Assembly (NCBI GenBank): GCA_963700285.1
Contig: CAVOXA010000010.1
Span: forward strand, 128,001 to 192,000
Origin: an uncultured Chloroflexia bacterium
Lineage (GTDB): Bacteria > Chloroflexota > Anaerolineae > JAAYZQ01
Direction of reading: 5' to 3'
DNA: 64,000 nucleotides
Below, piece after piece: positions 42,738-52,083 of the stretch. The notes below the pieces were generated by a model that saw only the letters and a list, made by a program, of their open reading frames with translations, was not told where the DNA came from and ran no database searches. Position 1 is the first letter of the stretch; each line of letters opens with the position of its first letter. A program made the translations under genes and the position numbers.

Positions 42738-43712
42738 CTACTCCCAACAGTTATGAGGCCAGGCGTGACCGGCAAGTCGCTCAACGACCTCAGGCGGCAA
42801 ACTGCCCTTGTCTGATGCCTGGGTATTGGCCTTGACGTGCTCGATCCGCCGCATCCCAGCAAGAACTGACGATACAGCCGGATCGCTCAAGCAGAAGCGT
42901 AGTGCCCCTTCGGCCAGTGTTTCAACGTCGTCACCGACCAGCCAGTCGAGTGCCTCGGCATGCTCAATTGCCTGCGCCAGTCGATCGCCGCCAAAGTAGT
43001 TGTTCCGCCAGTCATCCTCGGGAAAGGTCGTATCCAGGGTGAGTTTGCCCGTTAACGCACCCTCGTCCAGCGGGCAGCGGACAACAATGCCAACATCATG
43101 CTTCTGAGCCAGAGGGAAGAGCAGATCCTGGGGCTCTTGCTGGTAGATATTGTAGACGACCTGGCACACGTCGATCAGGCCAGTCTCGATGGCCTTTTGC
43201 GGGATATGGGAGTCCTCCAAGGGAAAGACCAGTGAAAGGCCAAAGCTGCGGACTTTGCCTTGTTCTTGCAACTGAACGGCGGCCTCTTTCCATTCGTCAC
43301 AATCGGCCCACTCGTCCATCCATACATGGAGCATCTGTACATCCAATTGCTCCCGGCCCAGGTTCTTGAGGCTTTGCTCGCTGTTTTCGATAATCCACGC
43401 TTTGGTGTATGCATCGGCAAAAGAATCGCCTGACTTGGGTCCGAAATTGTAGTTCATCGGGCGGACCTTGGTTGCCACGTATACCTCTTCAGGCCGACCC
43501 TTTAGTACCTGCCCAATCAACCGTTCGCTGTGACCATTGCCATAACCCATCGCCGTGTCGATGAAATTCACGCCCAAATCCAGGGCCAGATTCATTGAGT
43601 TGAGGGCGTCCTCGTCGGTGCTGCCTTTCCACCAATCGAGGCCAATGCCCCATGCTCCGTAGCCGATCTCGGAGACCTCAAATCCTGCTTTACCTAGCTT
43701 GCGATAGCGCAT
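42738..43712 (-). CDS. Aldo/keto reductase
   Basis: VSEIGYG, FIDTAMGYG, ATK, SLKNL...D...LH. Confidence 0.9.
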   Translation of the reverse strand: MRYRKLGKAGFEVSEIGYGAWGIGLDWWKGSTDEDALNSMNLALDLGVNFIDTAMGYGNGHSERLIGQVLKGRPEEVYVATKVRPMNYNFGPKSGDSFADAYTKAWIIENSEQSLKNLGREQLDVQMLHVWMDEWADCDEWKEAAVQLQEQGKVRSFGLSLVFPLEDSHIPQKAIETGLIDVCQVVYNIYQQEPQDLLFPLAQKHDVGIVVRCPLDEGALTGKLTLDTTFPEDDWRNNYFGGDRLAQAIEHAEALDWLVGDDVETLAEGALRFCLSDPAVSSVLAGMRRIEHVKANTQASDKGSLPPEVVERLAGHAWPHNCWE

Positions 43713-43762
43713 ATGTTCCTCCCTTGTCGTTTGTGGCTTGCCGGGCAAGCCCCCAGGTTTTT

Positions 43763-44629
43763 CTAGCTTAGCAGCTCGTGCAGGTGGTAGGAGTGTTTGC
43801 CAAAGGACCCACCAAAGTTCATGGCTCCGATCTGTACGACGCCTGGGACCTGAGCAGCTGCATTGATTGCTACTTTCATGGCACGCTGCATCAGGACTGG
43901 CGTGGAACCGAACATCAACAGGTTGAGGATCGACTCAACCCCATCGGGGACTTGGCTGTCTTCGATCCTGTCCCGCAGCGCGGGCACATAGTCCAGCTCG
44001 CGAAAGACCTGCTCCAAACCATAGCCCATGGGCGCTACCCCGTCCACGGCAGCGATGGCATCCTTGGCAGCCTTGACCGCCAGTACAGAAGACGCCTCAG
44101 ATTTGGCAAAGCACACGATATGCCCATCTGTGCCACGGGTCGAAAGGTGGACCGACTTTTCATAGGTGAATTCGCCGGTCATCGTCGGGACGACGCTCAG
44201 ACGGCGCTCACCCAGATCTCGTTCCGTGTCATAGCCTTGCCACCGCTCCGAGGTGAGGGCATACAGGTCCACTTTCTCGGTCGCCTCCGCATCCTCTACC
44301 ATGAAATCATAGATGGCCAGGGTCGGTATGAGGGTGCCCAGTACAATGCGCAGAGAAAGCTCCTCGCTAAAGGCCTGCCGGGCCTCGGGCGTCATCGTAC
44401 AGGAAACAATCACCCCCGGCCGGCCGTCGGGTGTTTCCGCGGGATGCGCCATCCGCTCTATTCCGGCATTGATCCGTGATCCCAGTTCACTCGAACCAGC
44501 GGCACCGACGAACTGGTGCGCGCCGCCCAAGGCCACGTCTTCAGAGATTGCCGTCAGGACGAGCCGGACCACTTCCAAGTCCCACGCCTCCGCAAAAGTG
44601 TCCTGAATGAGAACGTCGTTAATCTTCAT
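43763..44629 (-). CDS. Divergent formylmethanofuran:tetrahydromethanopterin formyltransferase (Ftr)-family protein
   Basis: INDVLIQDTFAEAW, AGIER...ETPDGRPGV and C-terminal PGVVQIGAMNFGG..GKHSYHLHELL match recalled Ftr signatures. Confidence 0.8.
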   Translation of the reverse strand: MKINDVLIQDTFAEAWDLEVVRLVLTAISEDVALGGAHQFVGAAGSSELGSRINAGIERMAHPAETPDGRPGVIVSCTMTPEARQAFSEELSLRIVLGTLIPTLAIYDFMVEDAEATEKVDLYALTSERWQGYDTERDLGERRLSVVPTMTGEFTYEKSVHLSTRGTDGHIVCFAKSEASSVLAVKAAKDAIAAVDGVAPMGYGLEQVFRELDYVPALRDRIEDSQVPDGVESILNLLMFGSTPVLMQRAMKVAINAAAQVPGVVQIGAMNFGGSFGKHSYHLHELLS

Positions 44630-44653
44630 AGTCTCTCATTCTCCAGTGGGCGG

Positions 44654-45709
44654 CTACAGATCTTCATTGACCACCATGACTTTGAGCCCTATTCTCTCGT
44701 TGGCAAAGCCAAAAGCCTTTTGAATATCATCCAATGAGTAGTGGTGGGAGATAATGGTATCCAGCCGGACATTGCCCGATTGCATCAGCGCCACCGCCTT
44801 TTCATAGTCGGCACGAGTTGAATCATGCGTACCAACAAACCGAAGCTCCTTATAGTGAATCACATCCAGATTCAAGGTGACGGGGTCGCTGAGTGTTGCT
44901 GCAAAATACAGGACCTGGCCCTGCTTGGCCGACATTTGGAACGCCTCTTCCAGCACGGTAGGATCGAGACCCGCCGCACTCACCACGACGTCAGCACCAA
45001 ACCCCCCGGTAATCTCTTTCACTTTGTCTATCAGGTCCGTGTCTACCTCATGCGGTTTGTCTGCGTGAAGAATGTGGTTTGCCCCAAGGTCTCCGGCAAC
45101 ACTGAGCCTCTTTGGTTTCAAGTCGATGGCAATGACCTGCATGCCGCGGCTCTTTAGGAGCTGCACGTGGATGAGACCAATAGGACCGGAGCCAATGACA
45201 ACACCAAAGCCGCCCATAGGAATATCGATTAGCTTGTTGTTGCCATTGATGCAGCAAGCCAACGGTTCTGCAAAGGCCGCCTCGATGATGTCCACGTTAT
45301 CGGGCACCGGAACCAAGTTCTTGTAAGGATAGACTGCGTATTGCCCAAAGCCGCCGGCAATATAGCCGGCATCCACGCACAGGTTCTCGTGCCCGCGGCG
45401 GCAGTAACGGCAATAGCCACAGGGCAACCTGCCATCAGGCACCACCCTGGCTCCAACACCCAAACTGGGTTTGTCAGGCACCTCGTCCCCAATTGCATGG
45501 ATGGTCCCCGAAAGCTCGTGTCCCATCTGAAAAGGGAACTTGATCTTCCAGCCCGAGGGCTTTCTACCATTGTAGAGATTGAGATCCGTTCCGCAAATGC
45601 CACAGGCAGCAACCTTGACCACCACCTCATCGCTTCCTGGCTGAGGAATCTCGCTTTCCTTGAACACAAACTGGCCGTTCTCCTGAATCAACGCGTTTTT
45701 CGTCTTCAT
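44654..45709 (-). CDS. Zn-dependent polyol/alcohol dehydrogenase (MDR family)
   Basis: CGICGTD, GHE, CGYCRYCRRGHENLC, EPLAC, GSGPIG. Confidence 0.9.
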   Translation of the reverse strand: MKTKNALIQENGQFVFKESEIPQPGSDEVVVKVAACGICGTDLNLYNGRKPSGWKIKFPFQMGHELSGTIHAIGDEVPDKPSLGVGARVVPDGRLPCGYCRYCRRGHENLCVDAGYIAGGFGQYAVYPYKNLVPVPDNVDIIEAAFAEPLACCINGNNKLIDIPMGGFGVVIGSGPIGLIHVQLLKSRGMQVIAIDLKPKRLSVAGDLGANHILHADKPHEVDTDLIDKVKEITGGFGADVVVSAAGLDPTVLEEAFQMSAKQGQVLYFAATLSDPVTLNLDVIHYKELRFVGTHDSTRADYEKAVALMQSGNVRLDTIISHHYSLDDIQKAFGFANERIGLKVMVVNEDL

Positions 45710-45748
45710 TGGTCCATCATCTCCTTTGGTTTTGCCCGAGCGCTCGCA

Positions 45749-47149
45749 TCACGACAAAGAATAGTAGGGTGATACTTCCAACCCAGCGTCGGCAAACCGT
45801 TTGATTGCGTACGCCTCAGCCTCTGAAACAATCTCTTCCTCATCAAAGCGAAGCAGCTTGCGTTCGTGCACGAGCACCTGGCCGTCAACGATCACGGTCT
45901 CTACGTCGCTGGATGCACTGGCACAGTAGACAAGGTTGTTCACAATGTTGTTGATCGGCCGCATGTGGGTAGCGGTCAGATCCACCAGTATGACGTCGGC
46001 CTTTTTTCCAGTCTCCAACGAGCCGATCTCGTTCTCCATTCCCAGGGCCCGAGCCCCGCCCATGGTAGCCATTTCCAACACCTGATAGGCACTGAGAGCA
46101 GCAGCGTCCATTACGCTTACCTTTTGCAGGAAAGCCGCCGTGCGCATTGCCTCGAACATGTCCATGTTGTCGTTGACAGCACAGCTATCGGTTCCCAAAG
46201 AGACCACCACGCCGGCATCCAACATCTTGGTGATAGGCGCTACCCCGTCAGCGACCTTCATGTTGCATTCAGGATTGTGGGCCACCGATGTGCCCGTGTC
46301 CTTCAACAACTGGATATCATCATCTGACAGCCAGATGCAGTGAGCGCCCAATACGTCCGGTCCCAGCAGCCCGATATCGAACAGGTAGCGAGTCGGAGTT
46401 GTTCCACAGAGGTTGTGGATGTTTTCCCACTCAAATTTGGTCTCGGCGACATGGATGTGAATGCCTACCTCATTCTGAGTGGCCAGGGCGCGTACCTTTT
46501 GCATCAACTCGCCGCCACAGGAATTGGGGCAGGCCAATCCGTAGCGAAAGGTAACCAGGCCATCCTTCTGGTGCTGGCAGTGCTGGATCAACTGGTCCGC
46601 AAGGTCCAGGGCGATATGTTCGGGGAGCAGCATGCCTTCTTTGCTCCATTGATCCACATCGGTCAAGGTCAGCGTTTGTACCACACGCAAGCCCATTTCC
46701 TCAAAGACATCGATCGTCTCTGGAGGTGTAGCCCACTCCATGTTCAGCAGACAGGTGATACCTGACCGCAGCGCGTCAACACAGCCCAGCCGAGAGGACT
46801 GGATCTGCAAACCAAAGTCACCGGCGAGATAGCCCTGGACAGCCATCACGATGCGCGGACTCGACACATTCTCAATCCAGTCTACCAGCTCGAGATCGTC
46901 CGGCGTTCCCTTTAGAAAATTCTGTAGAAAGTGGTGGTGCGTATCGATGAGCCCAGGTAGAACAGCGCGATGGTGAGCATCGATGACTTGGCCGGCAGAG
47001 TACTGGGCAACCAAGGTCTCTGTCGCGCCGATGTCCACGATCCTGCCATTCTTGATGGCCACCGCGCCATCGTAGAGAATGGTACGGTCCCTATCCATGG
47101 TAATGACCACGCCGTCGCGGATGAGCAGGTCGACCTTCATTGGGTTCAT
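45749..47149 (-). CDS. Metal-dependent amidohydrolase (MtaD/AtzA-like deaminase family)
   Basis: PGLIDTHHH, HIHVAE, AHC, HNPECNMK, LGTD, GSLETGKKAD. Confidence 0.88.
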   Translation of the reverse strand: MNPMKVDLLIRDGVVITMDRDRTILYDGAVAIKNGRIVDIGATETLVAQYSAGQVIDAHHRAVLPGLIDTHHHFLQNFLKGTPDDLELVDWIENVSSPRIVMAVQGYLAGDFGLQIQSSRLGCVDALRSGITCLLNMEWATPPETIDVFEEMGLRVVQTLTLTDVDQWSKEGMLLPEHIALDLADQLIQHCQHQKDGLVTFRYGLACPNSCGGELMQKVRALATQNEVGIHIHVAETKFEWENIHNLCGTTPTRYLFDIGLLGPDVLGAHCIWLSDDDIQLLKDTGTSVAHNPECNMKVADGVAPITKMLDAGVVVSLGTDSCAVNDNMDMFEAMRTAAFLQKVSVMDAAALSAYQVLEMATMGGARALGMENEIGSLETGKKADVILVDLTATHMRPINNIVNNLVYCASASSDVETVIVDGQVLVHERKLLRFDEEEIVSEAEAYAIKRFADAGLEVSPYYSLS

Positions 47150-47160
47150 CTCACTGCTCC

Positions 47161-48312
47161 TCAGTCGAGCGCCTCGTTAACGATCTGGGACAGAGACTTG
47201 GCCTTGATTTTCATACGTTTCGAGCGGCTCATTTGGCGGAATCGAACGTAACAATTTGGGCACGAGGTGATAATCTGTTTGGCCCCAGTCTCGATGGCCT
47301 GCTCCAACCGGTCGACAACGGCCTCATTGGCCAGACCCTGGCAGGTAAAGTACACGCCGCCACCGGCTCCACAACATTGGGCGTGATTACGGTTGGCAGG
47401 CATCTCGACCAAGTCAAGCCCTGGGATTGCATTGAGCAGATCTCGTGGCTCGTCGTACATGTCGAGGTGGCGACCCAGCACGCAGGGATCGTGCCAGGTG
47501 ACCAGTTCGGGCATCTCCGACAGCCTGCCCTCCACCAGGGGTCGCAGAAACTCGCTGATGTGCTGCACGTCGAACCCTGTCTCCAAGTCCATTTCGTCCG
47601 GCAGCAGGAATTTGAAGCTCTTGAAGCAAGCCGGGCAGGTTGTCAACAAAACCTCCGGGCTCTGGACCTGAATACGTTCCAACGTGATGGCGGCGACCTC
47701 TTTGGCGGCGTCGATCTGCCCCAGTTCGTACAATGGAAAGCCGCAGCAGGTGTCATCCTCAAACATGGCAAAGTCCAGGCCGAGCTTTTCCAGAATTTCA
47801 ACCACCGCTACGACGGTCTCTTCTGACATGCGGTTTGTGGTACACCCGGGGTAAAAGAGCACCGATACCTTTTCTTTCTTGGCTTTTGGGGCAGAGTCCT
47901 CATCGTCCCACTTGGGACCATATGGGTTCAGATGCTGCTTGGTCAGAGACACCACTCGCTTGTGGGCTGGCAGCGCGTGTCCCTTTTCGGCCAGGTCTAC
48001 CCGCCAAGCGTGGAATATCTCATTCAAGGGCAATCCAACAGGGCAGTGTGCTTCACAGCTTCCGCACAAGGTGCAAGCATAGGCATGGTCGAGGAAGGAT
48101 TCCGTAATCTCGATCTCGTCCTCGAGGGTCGCACGCGCCATTCGAACCCGCCCCCTGGCAAACTGCGTCTCCCAGCCGGGTGAGAAGGGATAGGTGGGGC
48201 AAACGTGCTCCACGCCCTCCCAGCCCCACACGCGACAGAAACCGCACCGTGAACAATCGTACAGATGACGCTTTTGCTCCTCCAACATGAACTCGCTCCT
48301 ACTAGAGACCAA
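47161..48312 (-). CDS. Fe-S oxidoreductase with two CCG domains (GlcF/HdrD-like)
   Basis: CSRCGFC, CTLCGSCEAHCP, CCG twice, HDPCVLGR. Confidence 0.88.
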   Translation of the reverse strand: MVSSRSEFMLEEQKRHLYDCSRCGFCRVWGWEGVEHVCPTYPFSPGWETQFARGRVRMARATLEDEIEITESFLDHAYACTLCGSCEAHCPVGLPLNEIFHAWRVDLAEKGHALPAHKRVVSLTKQHLNPYGPKWDDEDSAPKAKKEKVSVLFYPGCTTNRMSEETVVAVVEILEKLGLDFAMFEDDTCCGFPLYELGQIDAAKEVAAITLERIQVQSPEVLLTTCPACFKSFKFLLPDEMDLETGFDVQHISEFLRPLVEGRLSEMPELVTWHDPCVLGRHLDMYDEPRDLLNAIPGLDLVEMPANRNHAQCCGAGGGVYFTCQGLANEAVVDRLEQAIETGAKQIITSCPNCYVRFRQMSRSKRMKIKAKSLSQIVNEALD

Positions 48313-49642
48313 CGACGTCTGGGTTCATAATATGATTGGGGTCAACCATCTGCTTGATCGCCTTAAGCAACCGCCAATAGCCAGTTGCGCCCAGATGTTT
48401 CTGCAAATGAGGTCCCCACTGCCGCCCCTTGGAATAGGGCGCTCCGCCCATCTCCAAGCCCTTGTCCATCATCTCCTCCATTGCACCCTGGATCTTCACA
48501 TATTCTTCTTTGTCGTCGGGGTGATGGAACATCAAGCTCACGTGCTCTGCTCCTGTGGGCTCGGGGAACATCTGCTGGGCATACAACCGGATGCCGCGCC
48601 GGTCCATGATCTCTCGCATCACAAGAGTCGCCTCTGCCAGCTGGCCAAATGGTAGGAAATAGTTCACCGCGCCGGCAATGCCGTCTTTGAATTCTTCGCC
48701 CGTGTTGAACCATCGATAGTCCCAGAATTTCTGAGGTGCTTCCGGGCCTTCGTAGCGAACGCTTGAATAGGCAGACACCAACTTTCGAATTCTCTTCACA
48801 CGGTGTACTACCTCTGGCTCATCCCCTTCAACGTTGACGTCAAAGAAAAACATTTCGGGCTTGATCACCGGAACCGATATGTAGCAGACCAGGTTGTGAT
48901 GGGCGATCTCACGAAAGATGTTGATGCCATCGCCCAAGTCTGTTCCAACATAGCGCTCCAAATAGATCTTTTCGGGCCAGGGGTAAATTCGCAAGGTGAT
49001 CTCGGTGACGATGCCCATGGCCCCCTCTGCCCCGATGAACAGCCCCGCCAGATCGGGACCCAACGCATAACGGAAGAAACTGCTGGCTGCCGGGTTTGCC
49101 GCTGTCCCAGTTTCGACAACCTCGCCCGTGGGTAGAACAGCCTTGAGCCCGAGTACCTGCTGGCCCTGGGTCACATACTTGACATTCCCCCAGCCAACAC
49201 CGGGGCGCGAAATGTGAGCGCCTACAGTACCGGCCATGGCACCCGATGGCGCAATGCCAATCTTCCAGCCTCGCTCCTCGAGTATGGTCATTAGCCGTAC
49301 AAAGGTGACTCCGCATTCGACCGTAACGGTTCCGGCATCGTCGTTGATGTCCAGTATCTTGTCCAGCCGCAGCGTCTCCAGGATGATGCCACCCTCCGAC
49401 TGGCAGCCACCCTCCTGGGCAGATCCCCCACCCCGGGGCGAAACCGGAACGTTAAACTCGTTGGCCAATCTCAGGATTGCGGCGATTTCAACCAAGGTTC
49501 CCGGTTTGACCACGATGGCGGGCCACCGAGGCGCCTCAGCTCCGAAATCCTGGGTATACGACAGGAGGATGAAAGGCTCGTCTGACACATATTCTGGGCC
49601 CACAATCTCGGCCAGCCTGGCTATGATCTGTTTCTTGTCCAT
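48302..49642 (-). CDS. FAD-linked oxidase (GlcD / D-lactate dehydrogenase family)
   Basis: PRGGGS, GLFIGAEGAMGIVTE, K..VDPNHIMNP; the usual C-terminal HG..H motif is not evident. Confidence 0.85.
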   Translation of the reverse strand: MDKKQIIARLAEIVGPEYVSDEPFILLSYTQDFGAEAPRWPAIVVKPGTLVEIAAILRLANEFNVPVSPRGGGSAQEGGCQSEGGIILETLRLDKILDINDDAGTVTVECGVTFVRLMTILEERGWKIGIAPSGAMAGTVGAHISRPGVGWGNVKYVTQGQQVLGLKAVLPTGEVVETGTAANPAASSFFRYALGPDLAGLFIGAEGAMGIVTEITLRIYPWPEKIYLERYVGTDLGDGINIFREIAHHNLVCYISVPVIKPEMFFFDVNVEGDEPEVVHRVKRIRKLVSAYSSVRYEGPEAPQKFWDYRWFNTGEEFKDGIAGAVNYFLPFGQLAEATLVMREIMDRRGIRLYAQQMFPEPTGAEHVSLMFHHPDDKEEYVKIQGAMEEMMDKGLEMGGAPYSKGRQWGPHLQKHLGATGYWRLLKAIKQMVDPNHIMNPDVVGL

Positions 49643-49751
49643 ACTCCATCCTATCGCGATCCTCGAGTTTTCCTGACAGGACCCACTCTCTGCCGGAAAA
49701 GCAGCCCGGCCCATTGCCTGTCAAGCCTTGCGGCCATCGTCATGCGTAGGG

Positions 49752-50507
49752 CTACTGATCTCCGAACAGAACTTGGTGTATCTGGCGCACCGTCAATTCT
49801 GGATCCTCGGACTGCCAGACCCGGCGCCCAATAGCTACGCCTGCCGCTCCAGCTTCCACAATCTCGCGCACCATCTGCAGAGGGTCTTCAGCGCCTCTCT
49901 CATTCTTGGGGCCGCCAGCGACCACAATTGGTACAGGCGACGATCGAACAACGTGCTTGAAGGTCTCGATCTCGCCGCAATAGTTGGTCTTGACAATGTC
50001 CGCGCCCATTTCGTAGCCTATGCGCGCTGCGTGTGCCACCTGGGTAGGATCATAGGCAGCATCCATGGACGGCATCATTTCTGCAAGCACAGGGATTCCG
50101 TAGCGGTTCGATTGCTCGGTAAGCTGTCCCAGAAACCGCATGGTCTCAACCTCGTGACCTCGTCCAAAAAAGATCGAAACGGCGACTGCATCCGCATCGA
50201 GCCGGAGGGCCGTCTCCACCGTAGCCACGGGAGTCTCTTGCATGGCTTCTGGGGCCAGCCCAAGACTGATACTGACTCTGAGCACGATGGCGACCTCTGT
50301 TCCCATGATGGGCTGTACGGTACGGGTAATCCCCGGGCTCACCAGTAGAGCATTTGCGCCACCGGCCAACACCTGCTCGACGATGCCCTGGGGGCAGTCT
50401 ATCCCCTTGACAGGACCCAACCATGGGCCGTGATCTAGGGGGACCATCAAACAGCGCCCAAAAGGCCCTGTGAATATCCTTCTCAGTCTTCTACTCTTTC
50501 CTGTCAT
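49752..50507 (-). CDS. Class I aldolase (DhnA/LsrF/ADH synthase family)
   Basis: PLDHG, GADIVKTNY Schiff-base Lys, AGG, GRRVWQ. Confidence 0.88.
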   Translation of the reverse strand: MTGKSRRLRRIFTGPFGRCLMVPLDHGPWLGPVKGIDCPQGIVEQVLAGGANALLVSPGITRTVQPIMGTEVAIVLRVSISLGLAPEAMQETPVATVETALRLDADAVAVSIFFGRGHEVETMRFLGQLTEQSNRYGIPVLAEMMPSMDAAYDPTQVAHAARIGYEMGADIVKTNYCGEIETFKHVVRSSPVPIVVAGGPKNERGAEDPLQMVREIVEAGAAGVAIGRRVWQSEDPELTVRQIHQVLFGDQ

Positions 50508-50564
50508 GTTTACTCCTCCATAGTCAGCATCATTGACCAACGCCACAAGCTCAGATCTGCGTCT

Positions 50565-52058
50565 TCAGGACACCATGTCGGTTTCCTCCAAGGCGAATTG
50601 TGCGAATGCCCTGTAATGCTGATATCCGCCTTCATAGACAGGGCCGAACTCGCTGCGGCAGTGGATTATAGCAGGTTCATCGAATGTCTGCAACAGGCTC
50701 ACTTCCAGTCTCTCGCGCCCCAGGTGCGCTTGGCACAGAGCATACAGCACTCGCGTTACGGTTTCTTTGCCGGCATAGATCAGGACATCGCGTTGGCAGA
50801 CATCGGCCACAATCTGGGGCCAACCCTGGGTGGCCGAGCCACCACCGGCAAGAGCAATTTGGTCGATTGGTACACCCAGTTCCTGGTAGAGATCCAGGAG
50901 GTGGCGTAGGCTGTAGGCCACGCCCTCCATGACGGCTCGCCCCAGGTGGCGCTGGTCGTGCGCTAACCGCAACCCGTAGAACCCGCCCCGTATCTCATCG
51001 CTCCAATAAGGGCTGCGTTCACCGGCCAGATAGGGAATGAAACATACTCCATCCGCGCCAGGCTCGATCTCAAGGGCATCCGCTACCCACTCTTCAAACG
51101 ACTTGGACTGTTCTTTGCCTCTGGCAAGGTTTTCGTAGGCCCAGACCAGGCAGCTGCCAGAGCTAGACGACACGCCGCCAAGCATCGGATATGGTCCGAA
51201 GGGATATATGTACAGCCTTTGGGCTGGATCCCGGACCTGATCCTGTTCAGCCAGCGGTGCGAAAACCATGGAAGAACTGCCCATCGAGCAGGTCACGCGC
51301 CCCGGTCTGGGTGGCGCTGCCCCAAATAAGGCGGCAACATCCCCCATACCTACCACAACCCGGATGGCCGGGCTCAGCCCCAACATCTCGGCTACCGCAG
51401 GCAGGATTGATCCGCCGCCGGCATCTGAGGCGCGAATTGGCGGCAGCACGCCGGGGTCCAGGCCTACGATCTGGAGCCGCTCAGCCGCCCACGCTCTCGT
51501 CTCCCAGTCCAATAGTACCGCCCCACCAGGCTCTGTCAAGTCTGTGCACAGCTCGCCCGTCATCCGGAAGCGGAGGTAGTCCTTAGGCCATAGGATCGTC
51601 CGCGTCTTGGCCAGCACCTCAGGCATGTGGCGACGGAGCCACAACAGCTTGGGAAGTGTATAGGTACTGTTGAGTTGAAAAGGCGGCAACTGGAGCGTGG
51701 CCATCAGCTCCTCCGTCTCGCTGGCTGCCCGCCGGTCTAGCCAGAGGATGGTCGGAGGGAGTACCTTTGCCTGGTCGTCCAGCAGCACGGCCGTATGCAT
51801 TTGACCTGTGAAGGACACAGCCTCAGTCTGGTCCAGCGCAAAACCCTGCCCGGTCAGGTCTGCCAGGGCATCTCGCAGAGCCTGCCACCAGTCCTCGGGA
51901 TCCTGCTCAGCCCAGCCCGGATTCGGCGTTTGATAGGAGTACCGTTGAGAGCTAGTCCCCTTGACTCGGCCATCAGGCGAATAGAGCACAGCCTTCAGCG
52001 AAGAGGTACCCACATCAATCGCCAGGATTGTATTCTCGGGCTTTTCGGTTCGTGCCAT
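50565..52058 (-). CDS. FGGY carbohydrate kinase (xylulokinase-like)
   Basis: DVGTSSLK, EQDP, GQMH, LWLDRR, PYLAGERSP, MEGV. Confidence 0.9.
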   Translation of the reverse strand: MARTEKPENTILAIDVGTSSLKAVLYSPDGRVKGTSSQRYSYQTPNPGWAEQDPEDWWQALRDALADLTGQGFALDQTEAVSFTGQMHTAVLLDDQAKVLPPTILWLDRRAASETEELMATLQLPPFQLNSTYTLPKLLWLRRHMPEVLAKTRTILWPKDYLRFRMTGELCTDLTEPGGAVLLDWETRAWAAERLQIVGLDPGVLPPIRASDAGGGSILPAVAEMLGLSPAIRVVVGMGDVAALFGAAPPRPGRVTCSMGSSSMVFAPLAEQDQVRDPAQRLYIYPFGPYPMLGGVSSSSGSCLVWAYENLARGKEQSKSFEEWVADALEIEPGADGVCFIPYLAGERSPYWSDEIRGGFYGLRLAHDQRHLGRAVMEGVAYSLRHLLDLYQELGVPIDQIALAGGGSATQGWPQIVADVCQRDVLIYAGKETVTRVLYALCQAHLGRERLEVSLLQTFDEPAIIHCRSEFGPVYEGGYQHYRAFAQFALEETDMVS

Positions 52059-52083
52059 GGCGCACATCCAGTCAATGCAGTTT

